Of a DNA stretch of 64,000 nt, positions 11,991-19,457 are shown piece by piece. Position 1 is the stretch's first letter; every line of letters starts with the position of its first letter. The notes under the pieces are model-generated. The model was given only the letters and a program-made list of their open reading frames with translations. It ran no database searches and was not told the origin of the DNA. The position numbers were made by a program, and so were the translations under genes. The stretch comes from an uncultured Actinomycetota bacterium (GTDB lineage Bacteria > Actinomycetota > Actinomycetes > JAHEKZ01): NCBI GenBank assembly GCA_963718235.1, contig CAVQYR010000001.1, forward strand, positions 2,048,001-2,112,000, read 5' to 3'.

Positions 11991-12470
11991 ATGCCCTACC
12001 TCGAACGCATCTGGGCCCCGTGGTGGGTGTGGCTGTCGGTCGTGCTCTGGCCGGGGATGCTCGGCCTCGCCTACGCGGTTGCCACGAGCGGCCCGGTCGG
12101 GTTGGCCGTCGCCGGAGGACTGGCCGGCCTGGCGTTGTTCGGGCTCTGGCGCTACACGCTGACGATCACCGTCGACGCCACGGGCCTGACCGTGGGCAGG
12201 GTCCACCTGGACGCCCCCTACCTCGGGGTGGCCACGGCCCTGGACCCGCGGGCCGCCGGTCGGCTCAGGGGTGTCGATGCCGACCCCCGCGCGTTCGTCG
12301 CGCTGCGCGGCTGGGTGGCAACGGCCGTCCAGCTGGCGGTGGACGACGAGCGGGACCCGACGCCCTACTGGCTGGTGGCGACCAGGAACCCCGAGGCGCT
12401 CGCATCCGCCCTGGTCACCTGCCGGGAAGCAGCGGGCTCGGCCAACGATCCGGATCGGACCCGGGGCTGA
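11991..12470 (+). CDS. DUF3093 membrane protein
   Basis: YLERIWAPWW, two TM helices, DPTPYWLVATRNPE. Divergent from dut as is usual. Confidence 0.88.
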   Translation: MPYLERIWAPWWVWLSVVLWPGMLGLAYAVATSGPVGLAVAGGLAGLALFGLWRYTLTITVDATGLTVGRVHLDAPYLGVATALDPRAAGRLRGVDADPRAFVALRGWVATAVQLAVDDERDPTPYWLVATRNPEALASALVTCREAAGSANDPDRTRG

Positions 12471-12527
12471 CGTCCGGGCCTGCGGTACGGCAGGCTGGGT
12501 CCTCCCCCGACGACAGGAGCAGAACCG

Positions 12528-12788
12528 ATGGCCAGCAGCCAGTCCGACCAGGACATGACCGTCCGAGTGGTCACGACGGTGGCCGCACTGGCCGCGGCGT
12601 TCGTGGTCCAACGGGCCATGGCCGCGGGGTGGAAGGCCGTCACCGGGCACCCTGCGCCGGGCGCCGACGACGGTGAGGTCGGGCTGGGTGAGGTGCTGAC
12701 CTACGCCGCCCTGACCGCCGGTGCCGTGGCGGTGACCCGGGTCTTCGTCACCCGCAGGGCCGCCCACCTGGTGCGAAGGTCCGCCTGA
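12528..12788 (+). CDS. DUF4235 small membrane protein
   Basis: GWKAVTGHPAP..GEVLTYAALT, AGGAG RBS. Confidence 0.8.
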   Translation: MASSQSDQDMTVRVVTTVAALAAAFVVQRAMAAGWKAVTGHPAPGADDGEVGLGEVLTYAALTAGAVAVTRVFVTRRAAHLVRRSA

Positions 12789-12809
12789 GCAACCGCAGAG
12801 CCTCCGGGG

Positions 12810-13106
12810 TCAGGCGCAGTCGCGGCAGACCAGTTGGCCCTTGACCTCTTTCGCGAGCTGGCTGCGGTGGTGCACGAGGAAGCACCGCGAGCAGGTGAAC
12901 TCGTCCGCCTGCCGGGGGACGACGCGGACGGTCAGCTCTTCGTTGGAGAGGTCGGCACCGGGCAGCTCGAGGCTCTCGGCGAGCTCGGTCTCGTCGACGT
13001 CGACGGTCGAGGCAGCCAGGTCGGCACGCCGAGCCTTCAGCTCCTCGAGGCTGTCCTCGTTGAGCTCGTCGTCGGTCTTGCGCGGGGTGTCGTAATCGGT
13101 CGCCAT
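12810..13106 (-). CDS. DUF4193 protein
   Basis: MATDYDTPRK...EFTCSRCFLVHHRSQL..CRDC. Confidence 0.95.
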   Translation of the reverse strand: MATDYDTPRKTDDELNEDSLEELKARRADLAASTVDVDETELAESLELPGADLSNEELTVRVVPRQADEFTCSRCFLVHHRSQLAKEVKGQLVCRDCA

Positions 13107-13288
13107 GGGTTGGCCGACCCCTCCTTGCCACTGCTCATGCTGCTCTGCGGTCGCCTGTGGGTACAGACTGTCAGCGCCGTAACGCTTCGGAACGTGCGTT
13201 TGTGCCCGCCCGGAGCGCCAGATTGTGCCTCATGACCGGGCCCCACGTCCTGCCGGGGTTCCGGGCCCGAACGAACAGGAGATGAACA

Positions 13289-13807
13289 GTGGCGCTGTAC
13301 GCCCTCGCCGACCAGGTGCCGGAGGTCCATCCGGACGCGTTCGTCCACCCCGACGCCACCGTCATCGGGTCGGTCCTGATCGGTGCCGAGGCCTCGATCT
13401 GGCCCGGGGTGGTGCTACGCGGCGACTACGGCACGATCACCGTCGGCGCCCGCACGTCGATCCAGGACGGCGCCGTCCTGCATGCCACCCGCGAGCTGGA
13501 CACCATCGTCGGTGCCGACTGCGTCGTGGGCCACCTCGCCCACCTCGAGGGGTGCGTCGTCGAGGACGGCAGCCTCGTCGGCAGCGGGTCGGTCGTGCTG
13601 CACCGGGCCGTGGTCCGCAGTGGCGCCCTGGTCGGTGCCGGCGCGGTGGTGGGTCACGGGGTGGAGGTGCCGGCGCGGGCGATGGCGCTGGGGGTCCCAG
13701 CGCGGATCAAGCCCGACGCGGTCGCCGAGTCGGCCTTCGTCGACACCGTGGCGGCCTACGTGGCCAACGGTCACCGCTACCGGGCCGAGCTGCGCCGGCT
13801 CGACTGA
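13289..13807 (+). CDS. Gamma carbonic anhydrase family (hexapeptide repeat) protein
   Basis: VLRGD, IQDGAVLH, VGHLAHLEGC left-handed beta-helix repeats. Confidence 0.92.
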   Translation: MALYALADQVPEVHPDAFVHPDATVIGSVLIGAEASIWPGVVLRGDYGTITVGARTSIQDGAVLHATRELDTIVGADCVVGHLAHLEGCVVEDGSLVGSGSVVLHRAVVRSGALVGAGAVVGHGVEVPARAMALGVPARIKPDAVAESAFVDTVAAYVANGHRYRAELRRLD

Positions 13808-13828
13808 GGGCCGGCCGGTCGAGGCCGC

Positions 13829-14596
13829 TCACGCCCCGGTGGAGGCGAGCAGGGCCTGGAACTCGGCGAACAGCGGGGGCGACGCCGCGAGGGTGAGGGT
13901 GCCCACCTGGGCCACCGTCGCACCCGCCTGCGAGGCGATGAAGCTCCCGGCGGCCCGGTCCCACTCGGCCAGGCCACGCTCGTAGTACACGTCGACCTCG
14001 CCGGCAGCCACCAGGCACAGGTCGAGGGCCGCCGAGCCGAGCCGGCGGACGTCGCGCACCCGGGGCAGCACCTGGGCCAGTGCCGCGGCCTGACGGGTCC
14101 GCTCATGCTGCTCGTAGCCGAAGCCGGTGGCGAGCAGGGCCTGCCCCAGCTCCGCGCAGCGCGACGTGTTGATCGTGGCCCCGTTGCACCGTGCGTCGCC
14201 GGTCGTCGCGGTGTACCGACGCCGCAGCATCGGCGCGTGGACCACCCCCGCCACCACGCCCCCGTCCCGCTCGGCAGCGATGCTGACCGACCAGGTCGGC
14301 AGCCCGTACCAGTAGTTGACCGTGCCGTCGATCGGGTCGACGACCCACCGCACGTCGGAGGTCCCCTGCCGGGACTCCGACTCCTCGCCGAGGATGGAGT
14401 CCTGGGGACGGGCACGGGCGATCACGCGGCTGATGATCTCCTCAGCCGCAGTGTCAGCCGCGGTGACGATGTCGGTCAGGCTCGACTTCGTCGCCGTCAC
14501 GACCACGCCCTGCTGGTGCTCGGTCAGCCAGGTGGCGGCCGCATCGGCGGCCTCTCTGGCGAGACTCAGCAACGCGTGATCGTCCGACCGGCTCAT
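13829..14596 (-). CDS. suhB: Inositol monophosphatase family protein
   Basis: LGEE, WVVDPIDGTVN, RRLGSAALDLC, WDRAAG. Confidence 0.92.
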   Translation of the reverse strand: MSRSDDHALLSLAREAADAAATWLTEHQQGVVVTATKSSLTDIVTAADTAAEEIISRVIARARPQDSILGEESESRQGTSDVRWVVDPIDGTVNYWYGLPTWSVSIAAERDGGVVAGVVHAPMLRRRYTATTGDARCNGATINTSRCAELGQALLATGFGYEQHERTRQAAALAQVLPRVRDVRRLGSAALDLCLVAAGEVDVYYERGLAEWDRAAGSFIASQAGATVAQVGTLTLAASPPLFAEFQALLASTGA

Positions 14597-14610
14597 CGGC
14601 GCGCCGCCAC

Positions 14611-15693
14611 TCAGTCGCCGCCGGCAAGTGCCGGACGATGGCCGCGCGGGTTGGGGCAACAGCCCCGGACGCACCGGTCGGGAGCAGCCGGCGTCGAGGC
14701 CATGCGTCGGCGCTGCTGGACGGGGACGCCGCCGAGCCGCTCGACGACCAGGTCGCCCACCATCGACACGAACCGAGGATCGAGACCCGGTGTGTCCGCT
14801 CGCGCGTACGGCATGCCCACCGACTCCGCCTGCTCCCGGGCCTGGGTGTCGAGGTCCCACACCACCTCCATGTGGTCGGACACGAAACCGATGGGGATGA
14901 CCACGACTCCGGGGACGCCGGCGTCACGAAGGCGCACGACATGCTCCCCCACGTCCGGCTCGAGCCACGGTTGGCCCGGAGGTCCGCTGCGGGACTGGTA
15001 GACGAGGTCCCAGCCCCGTTCCACGCCCGTGCGCATCGCGACCGCGTCGGCCACCCACTCAGCCACCTGGCGGTGCTGTGCGACGTAGGCCCCGCCCTCG
15101 GTACCGCTGGTCTCGGCGAGCACGAGCGGGAGCGAGTGGGTGCTGAAGACCAGGCGTGCCCCGTCGCGGGCAGGCCACGGAAGATCGGCCAACGCCCGGA
15201 CGGTCGCGTCGACGAACGGGAGCACGAAGCCCGGGTGGTTGAAGTAGGGTCCGAGCCGGTCGACGGCGAGATCGGCGGGGGCGCCGTCGGTGGAGGGGGT
15301 GGACACCGCGTCAGCCAGGTTCTCCCGGTACTGCCTGCACCCCGAGTACGACGAGTACGCCGAGGTGAAGAACGCCAGCGCGCGGTGGATCCCGTCGCGT
15401 GCCATCTGCTGCACCGTGTCGGCGAGGTACGGCGCCCAGTTCCGGTTGCCCCAGTAGACCGGCAGCGCGATCCCACGCTCGCCCAGCTCGGACTCGATCG
15501 CAGCGACCAGACGTCGGTTCTGCTCGTTGATCGGGCTGACCCCGCCGAAACGGAAATAGTGCTCACCCACGGCCCGCAGCCGCTCCTCGGGGATACCACG
15601 CCCGGCCGTGACGTTGGCGAGGAACGGCACCACGTCGTCAGGCCCCTCGGGGCCGCCGAAGGACACGACGAGCAGCGCGTCGTGATCGGCCAT
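14611..15693 (-). CDS. hemH: Ferrochelatase (coproporphyrin ferrochelatase, actinobacterial Fe-S type)
   Basis: SFGGPE, GGVSPIN, FSTHSLP, YQSRSG..PWLEPD, GFVSDHMEV.WDLD, C-terminal CxxGCC. Confidence 0.95.
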   Translation of the reverse strand: MADHDALLVVSFGGPEGPDDVVPFLANVTAGRGIPEERLRAVGEHYFRFGGVSPINEQNRRLVAAIESELGERGIALPVYWGNRNWAPYLADTVQQMARDGIHRALAFFTSAYSSYSGCRQYRENLADAVSTPSTDGAPADLAVDRLGPYFNHPGFVLPFVDATVRALADLPWPARDGARLVFSTHSLPLVLAETSGTEGGAYVAQHRQVAEWVADAVAMRTGVERGWDLVYQSRSGPPGQPWLEPDVGEHVVRLRDAGVPGVVVIPIGFVSDHMEVVWDLDTQAREQAESVGMPYARADTPGLDPRFVSMVGDLVVERLGGVPVQQRRRMASTPAAPDRCVRGCCPNPRGHRPALAGGD

Positions 15694-15767
15694 GACGACA
15701 TCCTCGCAGCACCGCGTCATCGCGTCCTGCGGGCTCCGCTGACTGGTCAGTCAGGTACCGTCGCGCC

Positions 15768-16958
15768 GTGCCCAGCCCCTATGCCGAGCTCCTGCGCACC
15801 CGCGGTGGGCCGGCACTGTCGGGTTCGGGGCTCTTCGCCAGGCTGCCGTTGTCCATGGCCGGCATCGCCTTGCTGCTGCTCATCGTGTCGGTCACCGACT
15901 CCTACGCCATCGGTGGGGCGGTCCAGGCCACGTGGGTCCTGGTCGAGGCCTCCTTGGCCCCGTTCCTCGCTCGGCTGGTCGACCGCCGCGGTCAGTGGCA
16001 GGTGGTGGCTCCACAGCTGGTCGTCCACGTCCTCGGCGTGGCCGTCCTGATCCTGGTCATCGACAGCGGCGCCCCCATGTGGACCTGGTTCGCCGCGGCC
16101 GCCGTCGCCGGCGGTGCACTCCCGGTCATCGGCTCCCTGGTGCGGGCCCGATGGGGCTTCCTGCTCGGACCGGCGCCCTTGCTGCGCACCGCGTACTCGT
16201 GGGAGTCGGTGGTCGACGAGTTCGTCTTCGTCGTAGGACCACCCGCTGCCACGATCATGGCGGTCGTCCTCGGCCCCTCGACAGCGCTGCTCATCACCAT
16301 TGCGGTGGGTACCACGGGAACGACGCTGCTGCTGCTCCAGCGCCGCACCCAACCTCCCCCACGTCCCGGGCTGCACGAGCCTGGGCAAGGCAGTGCGCTG
16401 CGCGTACCGGGCATGCCGACGGTCATCGCGGTCATGGCCCTGCTCGGCGCGGTCTTCGCCGGCGTCGAGGTCTCCGTCATCGCCACCGCCCGCGAGGCAG
16501 GGACCACGGGGGTGGCCGGTGTGGTGCTGGCCCTGTGGTCCCTCAGCAGCATGGTGTCCGGCCTCGTGCTCGGGTCCCTGCGGAGGGTGCCGCCGCTGCC
16601 GCTGCAGCTGCTCCTGGGCACCTCGACCCTGACCCTCCTGCTGCTGCCCCTGCCGTTCACGAGCGAGCTCGTCGTCGTCGGCTGGGTGCTCCTGCTCGCG
16701 GGGGTCGCCGTCTCACCGTCTCTGATCGCCGGGTTCAGCCTGGTCGAGCAGCTCGTCCCCAGCCACCGGTTGACCGAGGGCCTCACCTGGGTCACCACCG
16801 GGCTCAGCCTGGGCTTCGCCCTGGGGTCACCGGTGACCGGCTCGGTCGTCGACCGGTTCGGTCCGACCGCCGGCTACTGGGTCGGGCTGGGGGCTGCGGC
16901 CGCGGCCGGCACGCTCGTCCTTGCCTCCTACCGCACTCTCGTCACCCGGCACGCCTAG
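15768..16958 (+). CDS. MFS transporter
   Basis: About 12 hydrophobic segments, ARLVDRRGQ motif A. Confidence 0.9.
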   Translation: MPSPYAELLRTRGGPALSGSGLFARLPLSMAGIALLLLIVSVTDSYAIGGAVQATWVLVEASLAPFLARLVDRRGQWQVVAPQLVVHVLGVAVLILVIDSGAPMWTWFAAAAVAGGALPVIGSLVRARWGFLLGPAPLLRTAYSWESVVDEFVFVVGPPAATIMAVVLGPSTALLITIAVGTTGTTLLLLQRRTQPPPRPGLHEPGQGSALRVPGMPTVIAVMALLGAVFAGVEVSVIATAREAGTTGVAGVVLALWSLSSMVSGLVLGSLRRVPPLPLQLLLGTSTLTLLLLPLPFTSELVVVGWVLLLAGVAVSPSLIAGFSLVEQLVPSHRLTEGLTWVTTGLSLGFALGSPVTGSVVDRFGPTAGYWVGLGAAAAAGTLVLASYRTLVTRHA

Positions 16959-16971
16959 CGCGTCGCCGTGC

Positions 16972-17640
16972 TCAGCGAGGCGTTGACGACGTCGAACCCC
17001 GAGACGGCGACGGCGTGGGTGTGGGGGTGGGAGTAGCGGTCACCGTCGCGGTCACCGTCGCGGTGGCGGTGGGAGTCGGGCTGGTCGGTGAGGGCGTCGT
17101 GCTGGTCGGCGTCGAGGTGGTCGGCGTGGGCGTCGGGGCGGGCGAGTCGGTCGCGGCCGGACCTCGAGGAGGCCGGACGACCCGTTGGATGCTGGTACCC
17201 GAGGAGTCGTCGCCGGTGAACAACGCCGACAGGGGGCGTCCCGTCACGAGCTCGAACGCGGTGATCGCCACCATCGCGAGGGTGAACACCAGCAGGGCCA
17301 CCAACGTGATCCGGCCCCAGTGGTAGCCACGGGCGTCAGACAGGTCAAGTGCCTCCAAGGCCACCGTCGGAGCGCTCCCCTCGACCGGTGGGAGCGGCTG
17401 CTGCGACGGCTGTGCGTTCTCCTTGGTCTCCCGAGCCAGCTGCAGTCGCTGCCGGGCACGCCTCAGGGAGTGGTCGTAGAGGGCCGCCGCAACGGTGACC
17501 AGGGCGCTGACCACCGCTGCGCCCAGGACCGTGCCGGCCACGCCCAGGGCCGACGACGCAAACGCCGCCGTCGCCGCAGCTGCCGCGCCGGCCACGACCT
17601 GGATCCCGCTGATCCCCACGCGTTCGCGGCCCGATGTCAC
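16972..17640 (-). CDS. Membrane protein with Thr/Pro-rich C-terminal tail
   Basis: SALGVAGTVLGAAVVS TM segments, ITAFELVTGRPLS, PTPTPT repeats. Start about 17640. Confidence 0.75.
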   Translation of the reverse strand: MTSGRERVGISGIQVVAGAAAAATAAFASSALGVAGTVLGAAVVSALVTVAAALYDHSLRRARQRLQLARETKENAQPSQQPLPPVEGSAPTVALEALDLSDARGYHWGRITLVALLVFTLAMVAITAFELVTGRPLSALFTGDDSSGTSIQRVVRPPRGPAATDSPAPTPTPTTSTPTSTTPSPTSPTPTATATVTATVTATPTPTPTPSPSRGSTSSTPR

Positions 17641-17696
17641 CCGGCCATTGTTTCCTACCGGGTCACCCGTCCGGTCCGTGCCCGCGGCGAGCGCGC

Positions 17697-17732
17697 CCCG
17701 CGGGGTGGCCCGCGGGGTGGCCCGCGGGGTGG
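17697..17732. repeat. Three perfect tandem copies of 12-bp CCCGCGGGGTGG
   Basis: Copies at 17697, 17709 and 17721 in the divergent intergenic region before sepH. Confidence 0.9.
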
Positions 17733-17882
17733 TGTGACACGAGGGGCCTCGGCGCGGCAGGATCGGGTGACCAGTCCGGGCCAAGCGGTCCGCCGACGAC
17801 CCGCGGGCTCTATCGTCGGGGATCTCGGCACCGGATCGACAGGCAACTCGACAGGAATCGACAGGGAGAGTGATCACTGCGC

Positions 17883-18731
17883 ATGCGTGACCTGAGGCTC
17901 GTGGGCCTGTCCGAGGACGGCACCCGGCTGGTGATGGAGCTTCCCAGCGGTGAGCAGTTCGGGCTGCCGGTCGACGAGCGGGTCCACGCCGCGCTGCGGG
18001 GTGACCGGGCCCGACTCGGCCAGCTCCAGATCGAGATGGAGAGCCGGCTGCGCCCACGGGACATCCAGGCCAGGATCCGGGCCGGTCAGACCCTGGAGGA
18101 GGTCGCCGACGAGGCAGGCATCTCGGTCGAGCGGGTGCTGCGCTACGCGGGTCCGGTCCTGCATGAGCGCGAGCACATGGCCCAGCTCGCGGCCAAGGCC
18201 GGCGTGCGGCGCGACGACCACGGCGCCGTCCAGCTGCTCGGTGAGCTCGTCGGGGACCGGCTCGAGCAGCGAGGCGTGCCCCGGGACGCGCTCACCTGGG
18301 ACGCGTGGCGCCGCGACGACGGCGGGTGGGAGGTCCGGCTCGACTACGTGGCCGGCGAGCGCGAGCGCAGCGCGCTGTGGGTCTTCGACTCCCAGCGCAA
18401 GACCGTCGTCCCCGACGACGACGAGGCCCGCTGGCTCATCGAGGAGGAGCCCCAGGCCTCGGTGACCCCGCTGCGCTCGGTGCCCGAACCGGTGGTCGAC
18501 CGGGTCGGCGAGGGCGCCGAGCCCGACTCGCGGGTGGGCGTCGCCGAGCGGGTGAGCGTCCCCGAGGACGTCGCCGAGGCGATCGGTCTGGTCGACTCAG
18601 CACCGTCGGACGACGAGGCCGCCGAGACCGAGCCGGTCGACGAGCCGGCGGCCAAGCCCGCCGCACGGCGCAAGCGGGCGACGGTTCCGAGCTGGGACGA
18701 GATCTTGTTCGGCTCGAAGAAGCCGGACTGA
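17883..18731 (+). CDS. sepH: Septation protein SepH (DUF3071)
   Basis: LRPRDIQARIRAG HTH, ERV.RYAGPVL.ER, WDAWRR, C-terminal VPSWDEILFG. Confidence 0.93.
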   Translation: MRDLRLVGLSEDGTRLVMELPSGEQFGLPVDERVHAALRGDRARLGQLQIEMESRLRPRDIQARIRAGQTLEEVADEAGISVERVLRYAGPVLHEREHMAQLAAKAGVRRDDHGAVQLLGELVGDRLEQRGVPRDALTWDAWRRDDGGWEVRLDYVAGERERSALWVFDSQRKTVVPDDDEARWLIEEEPQASVTPLRSVPEPVVDRVGEGAEPDSRVGVAERVSVPEDVAEAIGLVDSAPSDDEAAETEPVDEPAAKPAARRKRATVPSWDEILFGSKKPD

Positions 18732-18774
18732 CGGCAGAGCGGCTCGAAGAAGCCGGACTGACCGCAGAACGGCT
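18711..18774. repeat. 30-bp tandem duplication spanning the sepH stop codon
   Basis: GGCTCGAAGAAGCCGGACTGACGGCAGAGC followed by GGCTCGAAGAAGCCGGACTGACCGCAGAAC (2 mismatches), then GGCT. Confidence 0.9.
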
Positions 18775-18789
18775 GGGGCGGCTCCTGGC

Positions 18790-19389
18790 TCAGTGCGCGG
18801 CCGTGGCGCGGGACAGGGCCCGCGCGAAGTCGAGCGCCTCGGCCATCCCTTCCTCGCCGTCGGCGGCCACGCTCATCCGCACCGAGAAGTCGTCGATCGT
18901 GGTCGACCCGGTGAAACCGTGGTCGGCCTCGCACTCCGGGTCGCCGCACGTGGCCGGCTCGAGGTCGAGCCGGCTGATCGCCCCCCAGCCGATGGTCAGC
19001 ACGATCTCGCGGGCGAGCGTCCCGGGTTGGTAGGTCGCGGGCTCGTCGACCACTCGGGTCACGACTACCGAGCCGATTCGGGCCAGGCGCACCGACTCGG
19101 TCGAGGTGGTGGCGTGCGGCCGGGGCAGGGTCGGGTCGGCCGGGTGCTCGTCGGTGTGGCCGACGACCAGACGGGTCGGGGTCAAGACGAGCACGGTGAG
19201 GTGCCGGCGCAGCTCGTCGTGGTCGAACGTGGCCTCGTGGTGGACCAGGTACGACATCACCTGCTCCCCGGCCAGCGCGAGGTCGACCGACTCGACGACC
19301 AGCTCGGGGTAGTACCCGCACCTCTCCACGGCGCGTCGCAGCCCCTCGTGCGGCCTGGTTCCGGTGTCGGTCCACCCCGTGTCGGTCAT
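18790..19389 (-). CDS. DUF5998 family protein
   Basis: GYYPELV, VHHEATFD.DELRRH, LDLEPATCGDPECEADHG. Confidence 0.88.
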   Translation of the reverse strand: MTDTGWTDTGTRPHEGLRRAVERCGYYPELVVESVDLALAGEQVMSYLVHHEATFDHDELRRHLTVLVLTPTRLVVGHTDEHPADPTLPRPHATTSTESVRLARIGSVVVTRVVDEPATYQPGTLAREIVLTIGWGAISRLDLEPATCGDPECEADHGFTGSTTIDDFSVRMSVAADGEEGMAEALDFARALSRATAAH

Positions 19390-19457
19390 CTGCACATCCT
19401 CCCACCTTCGCGGTGGTCCGTGCCCCCACGGGACTGGGTGCCGAGGCTCGTCCGGCC

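Noticed and set aside
16972-17165. Repetitive GGTCACCGTCGC / GTGGG-rich DNA
   Set aside because: Explained by the Thr/Pro-rich linker of the minus-strand membrane protein.
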